Assembly: GCA_965200965.1 (NCBI GenBank)
Contig: OZ241744.1
Span: forward strand, 672,001-736,000
Direction of reading: 5' to 3'
DNA: 64,000 nucleotides
DNA from: an uncultured Candidatus Binatia bacterium
Lineage (GTDB): Bacteria; Desulfobacterota; Binatia; Bin18
Shown here in pieces: positions 19,327 through 29,764 of this stretch (the stretch's first letter is position 1; each line of letters begins with the position of its first letter). The position numbers were made by a program, and so were the translations under genes. The notes below the pieces were generated by a model that saw nothing but the letters and a program-made list of their open reading frames with translations, searched no databases and was not told the origin of the DNA.

Positions 19327-19478
19327 AAAAAAAGACCGTCACCCAGAGACGACGGTCTTTGAAAAAGAAAAGCCGCCTCTTTGGTCAAGGCGGCTCCGTG
19401 CATATAGACAATAGGGCGGGCCACCTGCTAAGGCAGCCACCACCAGTTCTGTCGGTCAAGAGAGTACGGTATATACAC
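19327..19478 (-). promoter_or_regulatory. trp ribosome-dependent attenuator
   Basis: Leader with WWW; alternative pairing GCTGCCT/AGGTGGC/GCCGCCT/AGGCGGC; two hairpin plus U-tract terminators (19371-19395, 19331-19360). Confidence 0.85.
19428..19478 (-). CDS. trpL: Trp leader peptide MYIPYSLDRQNWWWLP
   Basis: GTG start, three tandem TGG codons, TAG stop, directly upstream of trpE(G). Confidence 0.8.
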   Translation of the reverse strand: MYIPYSLDRQNWWWLP

Positions 19479-19558
19479 ATGCCGGATCGTGGCAGGTCTC
19501 GGGCTTCGCGTCAAGAGCGCGGTGGTGCCAGGATGCGATCCGTTATGAGGGAGGACGG

Positions 19559-20100
19559 ATGCAGGACAGTGTGCTGGCCGGCGGGCGGGTGTATCTGCGC
19601 CCTTTGGAGCGCGGTGATGCCGGGCAAATCCTGCCCTGGCTACGGCACCGGGAGTTGACCCGGTGCCTCTGTGGCTTTTTCCCCACGACCGATGTCCGTG
19701 CTGTGGCCGACGGGATTGAGCGGCTGTACCGCACCGGGCATGACCTGCTGCCCGGCGTCGTGCGCCGCGATACCGGGGGCCTGATCAGGCTCACCGAGTT
19801 CCATCAGCTCGATTTGGACAACCGCCAAGCCAGCTTTGGCCTGCTGATCAGCGAGACGGCCCCCGGGCTACGGCGCAGAGGCGGCCGGGCTGATGCTTGA
19901 CTACGCCTCTGCTGAGTTGGGGCTGAATCGGGTCTGGCTGCATGTGGACGAGGACAACCGGCGCGGCCTCCGCGCCTAATCTCAAGGTCGGCTTCCGGTC
20001 CGAGGGACTGCTGCGCAAACAGTGCTACGCTGAGGGCCGCTATCATAATACATTGCTGATGGCCGTGCTTCGCCGCGAATGGCAGGCGCGCAAGAGTAGA
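19559..20100 (+). pseudogene. RimJ/RimL GNAT acetyltransferase, frameshifted
   Basis: RVYLRPLE...DLDNRQASFGLLI then KVGFRSEGLLR...GRYHNTLLMAVL in other frames. Confidence 0.7.
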
Positions 20101-20272
20101 AGACCCCAGCCCTTGGGCTGGCCCAACACGCGCTCGCCCATGCGCTGAATCTCGCTTTGTTGGGGCGAATACTGAAAATCCACAGTTCATCCTTCCCTGA
20201 GTCTCAAGCCCGTGGTCCTGTCTTGACCCGTCAGGCCAGGATGCCATAGCTAGGCGGGGGAGGAAAAGAGAC

Positions 20273-21706
20273 ATGGTTACGCTTGAGGTTGCCAGAGCCA
20301 GGGATGGGGTGTGGGTCCGCGATGGAGAGTGGACCGGGATGCTGCCTTATGAGGATTTTCCGAAGTTCAGGGATGCTGCTGAGAGCGCGCTTGTCAAGTT
20401 GCAAACACCAGGGCCCGGGCAATACGCTTGGCCCGAGTTGGGCATCACTGCCGACCGGCAGACGGTTGAAGACAGCCACCGCCGCAAGCGTGGCCTCAGC
20501 CGCATGCGCCGGCTGGCGCTGGGACTGCTGGCGCTGATGGCGGCCGTCTTTGTCGCGTGTAGCGTCGGCTTGGCCGAGTATCCCTGGCTGGGCTACGTCC
20601 TGGCCTTTGCCGAAGCGGCGATGATCGGCGCGCTGGCCGACTGGTTTGCGGTGACTGCGTTGTTCCGCCGCCCCCTCGGTCTGCCCATCCCCCACACCAA
20701 CATTGTGCAGGAGCGCAAGGACGATATCGGCCGCAGCCTAGCGGCTTTTGTCAACAATAACTTTTTGACCCGGCATAATGTTGAGCAGCGGCTCGCAGGC
20801 ATTGACATGGCCGGTGAGCTGAGCGGCTGGCTCAAGGATGAACACAACGCCCGGGAGTTGAGCCTCACCCTGTGCCGTGGCCTGCGGGCCGTTGTTGATA
20901 CCGACGACGGTGCATTGGAGTCCTTCATCAGCCGCCACTTCCGCGGTGCGCTTGACCGGATAGAGGTCAGTGCGCTCATTGCCCGCTTCCTCAACCGGAT
21001 CGTCATCGACGACCACAGCAAGGTCTTGTTCAACAAGCTGCTTGAGTTGGGGCACGAGTATTTTGACCGAAACCGCCCGCGTCTCCGCGAGGAAGTGAAA
21101 GACCAGGCGATGTTTGGGACGAAAACCATAGCCGGGAAGCTCTTTGACCAGCTGTCGGAGAAGCTGTGGGAGGCGCTCAAGGCGATGCACTCCGACCCAA
21201 AAGTCCGCCAGGAGTTTGATGCACGCCTCAAGCTGCTGGCCTGGGAATGTGTCCACGATGCTGACAAGAGGGGAGCCATCGAAGCCTATAAGCAGAAGTT
21301 TTTGAATGACCCCGAGGTCAGCAGGACGCTGTCCGCTCTGGGCGAGGACCTGAAAAACCGACTGATTCAGAGTCTGACGGAGACCCAGGATGCGGACCCG
21401 CCACTGGCCCAGAACATCGTCAGCCTGTTTGACCGGCTGGGAGACATGTTGGCAGAGGATTCGTTGGCCAGGCATCTGGTCAATGAACGCCTGAAGGCCG
21501 CTATCCCGACCCTGGTAGACCGCCACCGGGACAGCCTGAGCGGCGTGATCAGCAAGACGGTCGCCGGCTGGGACGCTCGGCAGACCTCGGCCCGGATCGA
21601 GCTGCGGATCGGCAGAGACTTGCAGTTCATTCGGATCAACGGCACGCTGGTCGGCGGTCTGGTGGGCTTGGTGATCTATACCCTCAGCCATCTGTTCTTC
21701 CATTGA
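20273..21706 (+). CDS. DUF445 membrane protein with N-terminal DUF2442-like domain
   Basis: EAAMIGALADWFAVTALFR and GRDLQFIRINGTLVGG; N-terminus LPYEDFPKFRDA...YAWPELG. Confidence 0.85.
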   Translation: MVTLEVARARDGVWVRDGEWTGMLPYEDFPKFRDAAESALVKLQTPGPGQYAWPELGITADRQTVEDSHRRKRGLSRMRRLALGLLALMAAVFVACSVGLAEYPWLGYVLAFAEAAMIGALADWFAVTALFRRPLGLPIPHTNIVQERKDDIGRSLAAFVNNNFLTRHNVEQRLAGIDMAGELSGWLKDEHNARELSLTLCRGLRAVVDTDDGALESFISRHFRGALDRIEVSALIARFLNRIVIDDHSKVLFNKLLELGHEYFDRNRPRLREEVKDQAMFGTKTIAGKLFDQLSEKLWEALKAMHSDPKVRQEFDARLKLLAWECVHDADKRGAIEAYKQKFLNDPEVSRTLSALGEDLKNRLIQSLTETQDADPPLAQNIVSLFDRLGDMLAEDSLARHLVNERLKAAIPTLVDRHRDSLSGVISKTVAGWDARQTSARIELRIGRDLQFIRINGTLVGGLVGLVIYTLSHLFFH

Positions 21707-21749
21707 GAAGGCTGCTGTGCGAATCGGGGCCGCCTTTGGCTGACCCAGG

Positions 21750-22961
21750 CTAGGGGCGCTTGTGGCGCTCCATTGTCACCAGGGTGGCCAGCTTCTGGGG
21801 CGGGGGCAGACCCTCGATCACCCGTCCGTTGACGATCAGGGTCGGGGTGGCGCTGATTTCAAGCCGTCGGCCTTCTTCGACATCCCGGCGCACCCTGTCT
21901 GCTATGCGCGTGTCTTGGAGGCAGGACTCAAAGCGCTCAAGGTCAAGCTCGAGCGCCTCGGCGTAGCCGACCAGATCGGCCCTGCTGAAGCGTTTCTGGT
22001 CGGCGAACAGGTGGTCGGCATAGTCCCAGAATGTGTCTTGTTCGCCGGCGCATTCTGAGGCAATGGCCGCGGCGCAGGACGAGGGATGGACTTGCTGGTC
22101 AATCGGGTTACAGGCCTGGTCAAGCGGATAGTGGTGAAAGATCACCCGGACCGCGCCCTTGTTGGCCGCGCGCAGATAGTCCAGGTACTCATGGGCCAGG
22201 GCGCAACTGGGACATCGAAAATCGACAAACTCGGTAATGCGCAGCGGCGCGTCCGGCTCGCCCTTGACGTAGCGCTCCTGGTTTTGGACTGCCACCTCGC
22301 GTTGTTCCTGATAGAAACGGACAAAACTCCTGTCCATGCGCTCAACGCTTGGTGCCCTGAAATCGAGCGGCGTGATACGGACCTGAGCCTGCCGGTTTTG
22401 CCACCAGCCAATCCCCACGGCCAGGACGACGCAGCCGAGCAGGCCAAAGGCAAACTGGCCCGGCTCGAAGTCGGCTGAAGAGCGGGCCAGCCTGAGCGCG
22501 CTGACAAACAGGCCGATGTTGACCAGATACAGCGCAGTGCAGAACAGGCACACCGCCTGGAGTTGGAACAACGAAACCGCGGCCATGTACAGGCCAAACA
22601 TACACAGCCAGGAACACACAAAGAGCAGAGCGGTCGCCCGGGGCACGAAGGCCAGGACGAGGGTGACGAGGTAGGCGGCGGTCGCCCACACGGCCACCGG
22701 CAGATCAAACAAGGTGGCATAGGCGCTGTTGAGCACCGAGCTACAGTCAATGACCGACCCGGCCTGGCAAAAGTGGGCCGTCACTAACTCCTCGGCCTCG
22801 GCCTGATAGTGCATGACAGACAGATAGATGCCAATCCCCAGACCTAGCAGGGCCAGGATGCGCGTCAGCATCAGCGGACCGGCTGGCAGGGGCGGGGCGG
22901 CTTGCCCGACCGCTACCGGTGCGCTCTTGCGGCGTTCTGCCTTGTTTTTCTTTCCTGACAT
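21750..22961 (-). CDS. VKOR-DsbA fusion
   Basis: C...CSSVLNS, CLFC (VKOR); DFRCPSC and ATPT (thioredoxin fold). Confidence 0.85.
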   Translation of the reverse strand: MSGKKNKAERRKSAPVAVGQAAPPLPAGPLMLTRILALLGLGIGIYLSVMHYQAEAEELVTAHFCQAGSVIDCSSVLNSAYATLFDLPVAVWATAAYLVTLVLAFVPRATALLFVCSWLCMFGLYMAAVSLFQLQAVCLFCTALYLVNIGLFVSALRLARSSADFEPGQFAFGLLGCVVLAVGIGWWQNRQAQVRITPLDFRAPSVERMDRSFVRFYQEQREVAVQNQERYVKGEPDAPLRITEFVDFRCPSCALAHEYLDYLRAANKGAVRVIFHHYPLDQACNPIDQQVHPSSCAAAIASECAGEQDTFWDYADHLFADQKRFSRADLVGYAEALELDLERFESCLQDTRIADRVRRDVEEGRRLEISATPTLIVNGRVIEGLPPPQKLATLVTMERHKRP

Positions 22962-23045
22962 AGTATGAGACACCTACCACAGTCGTTTTGGGGTGGCCAA
23001 GAGGGGCACGCCGGAACGTGGCGTATCACTTGTAAGGACGGGCCC

Positions 23046-24107
23046 ATGAAATTCGGTCTTTTTTATCAGCTGCCCTGTGCTCCTCACCAGAGTGAGCTCA
23101 GCCGCTATCAGGAGACACTGGAACAGATCCAATACGCGGATGAGTTGGGGTTTGATACGGCTTGGCTGGCTGAACTGCATTTTAACCGGCCGTTTTCGAT
23201 TATGCCCTCGCCCCTGATCGTTGCCACCGCCCTGGCCGAGCGGACGCGGCGCATTCGTCTGGGGCTGGCCGTGGCCCTGCTGTCTTTGCAGCATCCGCTG
23301 CGGCTCGCCGAAGACGCTGCAACCGTCGATCTGCTCAGCAACGGACGGCTCGAATTGGGGGTGGGGCGCGGCACAATCGCCATTCATTTTCAGGGCTTGG
23401 GCGTGGCCAGGGACGAGAGCCGGGGGCGTTTTGAAGAAGCCCTGACTATTATTGAGCGGGCCTGGAGTCACGACGCCTGTGCGTTTGAAGGTCGCTATTT
23501 CCAGATTCCCCCCACCTCGGTTGTGCCCAAGCCGCTCCAAAAACCGCACCCGCCGCTGCGAATTGCGGCCAACAGCCCGGAAACCGCGGCCTTTGCCGGC
23601 CGGCGCGGCTATTCTGTCTTTGTGGCCTCTCCGATTAACCCTCTGCCCAACTTGGCCCGGCATCTGGACGGCTACCACCGGGCGTTTCGGGCCACCGGGC
23701 ATCGGGAGAAGCGGGCCGATACCGCGGTCCTGTTTCCCGTGTATGTTGCTGAGAGCCAAGCGCGGGTCCGCCAGCAGGTCGAGCCGAGCACCATGCACTA
23801 TTTTCGGACGGTAACGGTCCAGGCCGAGCTTGGTGAGCGAGGGCAAGGCCGGCCGGCGTCGTATGACTATCTACACGAAGTCCGCCAGAGACAGAAGGCC
23901 GTCACCTGGGAGCTTATCGACGCCACTATGGCGCTGTACGGTCCGCCCGAGCAGTGCGTCACCAAGATCCGCGACGCCCACCGGCAATGTGACATGGACC
24001 AGATCATCTGTTGGTTTAATCCGGGCGGCTTGGTGCCGCACGGCCAAGTGTTGGCCAGCATGCGGCGGTTTGTTGAGGAGGTCATGCCGGCGGTACGCAG
24101 CTTATGA
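23046..24107 (+). CDS. Luciferase-like monooxygenase (LLM)
   Basis: MKFGLF, WLAELHF, GRLELGVGRG, PKPLQKPHPP. Confidence 0.9.
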   Translation: MKFGLFYQLPCAPHQSELSRYQETLEQIQYADELGFDTAWLAELHFNRPFSIMPSPLIVATALAERTRRIRLGLAVALLSLQHPLRLAEDAATVDLLSNGRLELGVGRGTIAIHFQGLGVARDESRGRFEEALTIIERAWSHDACAFEGRYFQIPPTSVVPKPLQKPHPPLRIAANSPETAAFAGRRGYSVFVASPINPLPNLARHLDGYHRAFRATGHREKRADTAVLFPVYVAESQARVRQQVEPSTMHYFRTVTVQAELGERGQGRPASYDYLHEVRQRQKAVTWELIDATMALYGPPEQCVTKIRDAHRQCDMDQIICWFNPGGLVPHGQVLASMRRFVEEVMPAVRSL

Positions 24108-24122
24108 GCCGGCGCTTCTCCC

Positions 24123-25163
24123 TCACTCGGTTTGTGCGTCGAGCGCCTCATCAATCGCTTCCTGAAAGACCGTAAACGGTTGGGCACCGGAAAGAAAGCG
24201 GCCGTTGATGAAGAACGCCGGCGTGCCGCTGACCCCGAGCTGCGAGCCTTGGGCGAGATCCCGGCGGACCGCCGCGGTCTGCTGTCCGCTGTCCAGACAG
24301 GTATTGAAGCGTTCTGTGTCGAGTTGTAACTCGGCGGCGTACTGTTTGAGTTGCTCAACCTCGAGAGCCTTGACATTACGGAACAACACGTCGTGGTAGT
24401 CCCAGTATCTCTCCTGCTCACCGGCGCAGCGGGCCGCTTCAGCCGCTTTCCAGGCCCGGGGGTGAGAGGACAGGGGGAAGTCTTTGAACACCAGTCTGAC
24501 CTGATCCTGATAGGTGCTCAGAATGAGATTCAGGCTGGCCTGTACACGGGCACAGTACGGGCATTCGTAGTCGGCAAACTCCACCACTGTGACCGGAGCC
24601 TCGGCTGAGCCCTTGGCCGGCGCACCGTCAATCGCCACCTCAACAATCGGCGGCTTGAGGCGCATGGTGATGGCGGCTGTCTTGCGCAACTCCCGAAGAA
24701 ACGCCCGCCGGTACCGCTGCTGTCTAGTCCGCTGGAGTTGTGTGGTGATACGGTCTCTCAACTCGTCCAGCGGCTTATTGTCCAGGCGGGCGGCGTTGGC
24801 CTCGTAGAACGCCTCAATGTCTTCCTCTGTGACGGTCCCGGCCTTGTCCGTGACCTCTTGCTGCAACAACTCCCGGCGCGAGAGCCCACGCTTGTCGGCT
24901 TCGGCCGCCACGAGTCGCTCATCAATCAGGGTATCAACGGCCCGCCTCTTGACCGAGTAGACCTGATTGCGCAGGCGCAGCATCTGCCCCCTGAAGCGCG
25001 CTTCAATGTCGGCCTCGGTTACAGGCCAGCCCTCAACGGTGGCCAGCACCGCACTCGGGGCTGCCTGCGGGGCTGCCTGTCCAGGCGCGGGAGAGCCTGC
25101 ACCCAGCAGCCAGACCAAGGCCGCCCCGATAACCCATCGGGCTGTGTTCATCCGCCTTGCCAT
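24123..25163 (-). CDS. Secreted DsbA-family thioredoxin with SurA-like N-terminus
   Basis: Signal peptide, EFADYECPYC, KDFPL, GVSGTP. Confidence 0.85.
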   Translation of the reverse strand: MARRMNTARWVIGAALVWLLGAGSPAPGQAAPQAAPSAVLATVEGWPVTEADIEARFRGQMLRLRNQVYSVKRRAVDTLIDERLVAAEADKRGLSRRELLQQEVTDKAGTVTEEDIEAFYEANAARLDNKPLDELRDRITTQLQRTRQQRYRRAFLRELRKTAAITMRLKPPIVEVAIDGAPAKGSAEAPVTVVEFADYECPYCARVQASLNLILSTYQDQVRLVFKDFPLSSHPRAWKAAEAARCAGEQERYWDYHDVLFRNVKALEVEQLKQYAAELQLDTERFNTCLDSGQQTAAVRRDLAQGSQLGVSGTPAFFINGRFLSGAQPFTVFQEAIDEALDAQTE

Positions 25164-25490
25164 GTCGCGCCTAGCCGGTAAAGGTAATCAGCACGAAGAA
25201 GACCAGGAGCGGAATGAGCATCCAGACCAAAAACACAATCCAGGCCGGTCCCTGTCCTTGACTTCTGTCCATTGTCCCTCCTCGGTGTGGCGAGTTTGCC
25301 CCAGCATAGGCAAAACCGCCGGGTTTCTCAATGGCAGGGTGAATCCGTGGAGATGCCGGCCGGCAGTCAAGGGCTGGGAAAATACGCCGTTCGGCTTGAG
25401 ATTTGCGCTGCTGCCGGGAATAATGGGTATTCTCCGTTGGGATGGTTTTTCCAAGGGCCGGAGGCTGTGGAGGAGTGGAGGAGGTGAACA

Positions 25491-26720
25491 ATGGAGAAGA
25501 GCAGTCTGTTGATCCGGTGGGTGCTGAGTCTCGGCGCATTGCTGTTGGTTCAGCCTGTGTGGGCAAAGCCCGAGCTGTCGCCGTCTTTTGTCGGCATGTA
25601 CCGCAAAACCATGCAGATCGAGGCGCAGTTGTTCAGCGTCGCTAGCCGTCACGGGGTTGACCCGCGTCTGGTCCGGGCGCTGGTCCTGCATCAGTCCGGG
25701 GGCAATGACTATTTCGTGTCTGACACCGGCCAGCCGCAGCACCACCGCTTTTTGCTGGTTGACCCTGAGCCGGCGCGGGCAAACACGGCTGAGGCCAATC
25801 TTGAGGCCGGCGTAGAGCGCTTCGCCCGGCTGGCCGCTCAACTGGATCGCCACGACCATGCGCTGGCCGCCTATGTGGCCGGCCCCCAGGCGCTCGCCTC
25901 TCAGCCGGCCTTGCCCCTGTCCATTCTCCACGATGTGATACAGGTTGAGCAGTATAAGTCCGTGTTGCGCCGACATGAAGCTGAGGTCCGGCGTCAGGCT
26001 GAGGGTCTGCGGCTGCGGCGTGTCCAGCCGGGCGAGGACTGGCCGGCGGTGGCGCGGGCAACAGGCGTATCGGAACTGCTCTTACGCCTGTACAACCCGG
26101 TACTCGCCGGCCATCGGCTGCGCCCCGGGATGCTGCTGGCCGCTCCTGGCCGTCCGCTCCTGGCCGTCTTTGAGACGCGGGGTACGACGCTGTCCTACAC
26201 CGCCCGGGTCGGGGACTCGACGCGGAATCTGGCGCGTGCTTTTGGCGTTGACCGTGACCGCCTGCGCCAGGACAACAAGTTGTGGTATTTGCAGCCGCTG
26301 GCCGGCGGCCGGCCACTCAGCATCCGCCGGCTGCCGGCGCGTGTGGCTGGCCGGGCGACTTCCCGGCCTCCGGCCTCTCGACCCGCTTCCGGGCGGCGTT
26401 TGACCACCCATACGGTCCGGGCCGGAGAGACCCTGAGTCGCCTTGCCGCCCGCTACGGCACCTCGGTGCGGGCGCTGATGCAGGTCAACCGGCTGCGCGG
26501 TTCGCGCATTCTGGTCGGCCAGAATCTCCGTATCCCGAACGCGCAGGCCGGCCGGCGGGTGGCTCAGCGGCCACATCGGCATACCGTCCGCCGGGGCGAC
26601 ACCCTATCGCACCTTGCCGCCCGCTACGGCACCTCGGTGCGGGCGCTGATGCAGGTCAACCGGCTGGCCAACTCCCGGCTGCGGGTCGGCAAGACCCTTC
26701 GAATTCCTGACCCTATCTGA
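25491..26720 (+). CDS. Lytic transglycosylase-like and multi-LysM protein
   Basis: GVDPRLVRALVLHQSGGN, ALAAY; C-terminal HTVRAGETL and HTVRRGDTL LysM repeats. Confidence 0.8.
   Translation: MEKSSLLIRWVLSLGALLLVQPVWAKPELSPSFVGMYRKTMQIEAQLFSVASRHGVDPRLVRALVLHQSGGNDYFVSDTGQPQHHRFLLVDPEPARANTAEANLEAGVERFARLAAQLDRHDHALAAYVAGPQALASQPALPLSILHDVIQVEQYKSVLRRHEAEVRRQAEGLRLRRVQPGEDWPAVARATGVSELLLRLYNPVLAGHRLRPGMLLAAPGRPLLAVFETRGTTLSYTARVGDSTRNLARAFGVDRDRLRQDNKLWYLQPLAGGRPLSIRRLPARVAGRATSRPPASRPASGRRLTTHTVRAGETLSRLAARYGTSVRALMQVNRLRGSRILVGQNLRIPNAQAGRRVAQRPHRHTVRRGDTLSHLAARYGTSVRALMQVNRLANSRLRVGKTLRIPDPI
26441..26666 (+). repeat. Identical 55-nt direct repeat in tandem LysM domains
   Basis: 26441-26495 equals 26612-26666. 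Confidence 0.85.
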
Positions 26721-26727
26721 GCCGCAC

Positions 26728-27711
26728 TCAGCCGACCTGCGCGTCAAAATTCTCTTCGATCGCCTTGACACTGCGATAGGCAAACTCGGTGCAGGGCACG
26801 GGAATACCGAGCCGTTGACCCTCTCGGTACACATAGCCGACGGTTTCATCAATCTCGGTCTTTTTGCCGGCCAGCACATCCTGGAGCATGGAGGGAACGA
26901 TATGGGTCCGCCCGTCGGCCTCAACGCCCCTGCCGACCTCAACGAGCTGCTTGACCGCGTCGTCAAACGGGGCGTGACACAGCGCCTCAAGGTCAAACAG
27001 GCTCCAGGCCGGGTGCCTGGACAGGACCACGCCCCTGGCCGCGGCAACGGCGACCACCTCCCGAAACATACGCACTGACAGGGCGGCCAACTGTGGGCTG
27101 GCCCATACCCGGTGCATGGGCAGCCTGGTCAGGGTCGCAATGGTGGCGAACGGATTCTGGAGAGCCTGTTTGGTCCACTCGACAGAGACGATGTCGTTGA
27201 CCCCGTTGGCTTTGAGCCCGGCCTCTACAAAGGTCTGGACAATCGTGTTGACCCGCTCTGAGGGACGCCCGTCGAGTTCGCCAAAGAAGGTAAGTCCGTC
27301 CAGCGTATAGGCGACTTGGCCGTCGCCGCGCAAGGTTGCGCCGATCATGGTCGTTGCCCCAATGACTGTGTCCCGCCCGAATACCTGGGCGAGCTGGTCA
27401 TTTTTGACTACACCGTTCTGGAGCGAGGCGGCCCCACCAAGCTGCATATGGGCGACCCCGGCCAGGGCTGACGGCATGTCTTTGGTCTTGACCGTAATCA
27501 TCAGGATATCGGCCTGCCAAATGTCCGTGGCCTGGGCTTGGCTGGCGACCGGGGTTCGAAAATCAGCCAAGCCGCTGACCTGCAAGCCGTGGCGCTGGAC
27601 CGCGGCCGCATGGCTTGGCCGGGCAACCATGATGACATCGGCACCATTGCGGGCCAGATAGGCACCAATAACCGAGCCTACACCGCCCGCTCCGAGTATC
27701 ACAATACGCAT
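26728..27711 (-). CDS. panE: Ketopantoate reductase family
   Basis: LGAGGVG, ITVK, SLQNG, SMLQD, TEID. Confidence 0.8.
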   Translation of the reverse strand: MRIVILGAGGVGSVIGAYLARNGADVIMVARPSHAAAVQRHGLQVSGLADFRTPVASQAQATDIWQADILMITVKTKDMPSALAGVAHMQLGGAASLQNGVVKNDQLAQVFGRDTVIGATTMIGATLRGDGQVAYTLDGLTFFGELDGRPSERVNTIVQTFVEAGLKANGVNDIVSVEWTKQALQNPFATIATLTRLPMHRVWASPQLAALSVRMFREVVAVAAARGVVLSRHPAWSLFDLEALCHAPFDDAVKQLVEVGRGVEADGRTHIVPSMLQDVLAGKKTEIDETVGYVYREGQRLGIPVPCTEFAYRSVKAIEENFDAQVG

Positions 27712-27776
27712 ACGCCCTCCTCTGGGCGGGATTATTCCGTGCCCCGCTCGGCCCTGTCAATGGGAAAGGCGGCGGT

Positions 27777-28403
27777 TCAGTCTTCATCCCTCAGCCCGGC
27801 CGGTAGCCTGACCCGATAGACCTGCGTCAAATGTATCAGCCAGGCCTGGTCTGAGGGCAGGCCGCCAATTTCCTCCGTGCTTACCTTGCGACCTGCCGCC
27901 CGACTGAGTGCTTCAGCCTCGGCTTTCGTGCGCAGGACGAGGAGGGTGTCATAGCGTCCAAACGAGACCTCTCGGGCCGAGCCCAGAAACGACACCACGG
28001 TCGCCCCGGATCTGAGAACAAAAGTCAGCAGTCGCTCCACGCTGTCCCCGGCGTTCAGGCCATCGAGCAGGATGAGGGGAGGGGGGGTGTCGGTCTGCCC
28101 CTGTTGTACCCCTTGAACAAGCGCATCCAGAATGTGGCGCGGCACCTCTTGCAGCAGGCGAGCCGGAGACGCGAGGGGAATATAGCGAGCGTTATCCCGC
28201 ATCAGCAGGCGAAACTGGATTTCTGTGGCCGGGTATCGCCGGGCATCGATACACACAACTGGGCTGCGACGCTGGACATGCTGGCAGGCTAGGGCCACGC
28301 ACAGCTGTGTTTTGTCCTGCTGTGTCCCGCCCACAACACCAACCCGTCCGAGCAGCTCGGGCAGCGCAAGAGGCCGGGCGGGCGGGCGGGCGTGGCGGGG
28401 CAT
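27777..28403 (-). CDS. Hypothetical protein, degenerate P-loop-like
   Basis: VGVVGGTQQDKT and LILLD resemble eroded Walker A/B motifs. Confidence 0.4.
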   Translation of the reverse strand: MPRHARPPARPLALPELLGRVGVVGGTQQDKTQLCVALACQHVQRRSPVVCIDARRYPATEIQFRLLMRDNARYIPLASPARLLQEVPRHILDALVQGVQQGQTDTPPPLILLDGLNAGDSVERLLTFVLRSGATVVSFLGSAREVSFGRYDTLLVLRTKAEAEALSRAAGRKVSTEEIGGLPSDQAWLIHLTQVYRVRLPAGLRDED

Positions 28404-28486
28404 GGTGCTGAGAGCATAGCCTGGGGGTTCGGAAACAGCCAGCCGGCCTTGTCGGTCCGCGGAAAGTCCTCTAATGAACAGCCGTA

Positions 28487-28924
28487 ATGGGTATGTCTAA
28501 ACGCGGTTCTTGGCTGGTGCTGGCTTTTGTCGCCGTGGCGAGCGTCCTGGTGATCTTCGCCTGGAACTCCCGCCCGGTCCCCAGGGAGGGCTGGCGCAAG
28601 ATACTGGAAGAACCCGGAGTGTCTGCCGCCCGCCGGGGTATTGAGTTGTCCCGCCTCGGCCGTCAGTTGCTCTCCCCGCATGAACAACAGGAAATTGACC
28701 GTCTGTACGCAGAGGCCCTCCAGGGTTTGCCCGAACACGAACGCCGGGCCTTTGGCCTCCTGTCCCAAAAAGGGGCTCAGGCGAGCGCACGCGATTTGCA
28801 GCATAGTGCCGAGCTGATCCAAAAATCGATCCACTCCCTGCCGGCTGCAAAACAGGACCGGCTGTTTGGGCTGATCGAAAAAGCCGTCCGGCTGCAATAT
28901 GAGAAAGAGCAGGGTGGGCAGTGA
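28487..28924 (+). CDS. Hypothetical membrane-anchored protein
   Basis: N-terminal transmembrane helix, helical body. Confidence 0.55.
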   Translation: MGMSKRGSWLVLAFVAVASVLVIFAWNSRPVPREGWRKILEEPGVSAARRGIELSRLGRQLLSPHEQQEIDRLYAEALQGLPEHERRAFGLLSQKGAQASARDLQHSAELIQKSIHSLPAAKQDRLFGLIEKAVRLQYEKEQGGQ

Positions 28925-29480
28925 CACACACGCGGCTGAGGGGCCGCGGCTGACACGCAGGCGGCCGGCGTGTCAGGGCCGGGCCGGCCGCGGGGTAGTG
29001 GCTGCGGGGCTGGTCCTGGCGCTCGCCTTGTCCCCGACCCTGGGGCTGGGTGCCGGGGCGGGCGCGACAACCCTGTACGGGGTGGAGGGCTTTCGGCTCG
29101 AGATCGGCGCGGTGAGCCAGACGGCCCGTGCCCTGGGCATGGACCGCGTCCGGCTCCGCGGCGTCGCCGGGCGTCGGCTGCGCCGAGCGGCTCTCCCGAT
29201 GGGCGATTTTCCGACCGTGCTGGTCGTATCGCTGCACAGTGTTGCCCATCCGGGCAGTGTCCTGGCCTACTGCCTGGATGTAGAAGTCCGCCAGATTGTC
29301 CGCCTGAGCCGGACCGAGCAGGTGACAATGCTGGCCCCAACCTGGGCTGCTGGCAAGCTGACCCTGACCTTGCGTGGCAGCTTTGTGCGCAGTGTTGAAG
29401 ACGCTCTGGGGGTGCTGTTGGACGATTTGGTCCGCGATTATCGTCTGGTGAATGCCGAGGCATCGCCCGAGGCCCGCTGA
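28921..29480 (+). CDS. Hypothetical secreted protein (start uncertain)
   Basis: Signal-like segment; follows the upstream gene. Confidence 0.45.
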
Positions 29481-29489
29481 ACCGCCTCG

Positions 29490-29752
29490 GGCCCCGCCTC
29501 GACCCAGCACACCGTGTGGCCGGAAATGGGCAGAAAGCCGGCCCGCTCAACCTCAGAGCGGATGTGCGGAAAGTCAAAAATGGGCAGAATACGCGGGGTG
29601 AGCGATTCGCCGATATGGTAGCGGGGAAACGTGTGTCTTTCCAGCACCACGACCCGCAGGCCATCGCACGACAACAAGCGGGCAATAGTCGCCCCGGCCG
29701 GCCCGCCACCGGCCACGATAACGTCGCTGTGCGTCGGGAGTGCAGCTTGCAC
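29490..29752 (-). pseudogene. N-terminal fragment of FAD-dependent monooxygenase/halogenase (QhpG-like by context)
   Basis: DVIVAGGGPAG...VLERHTFPRYHIGESL; truncated after about 85 codons. Confidence 0.65.
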
Positions 29753-29764
29753 TATCGCTCGCCT

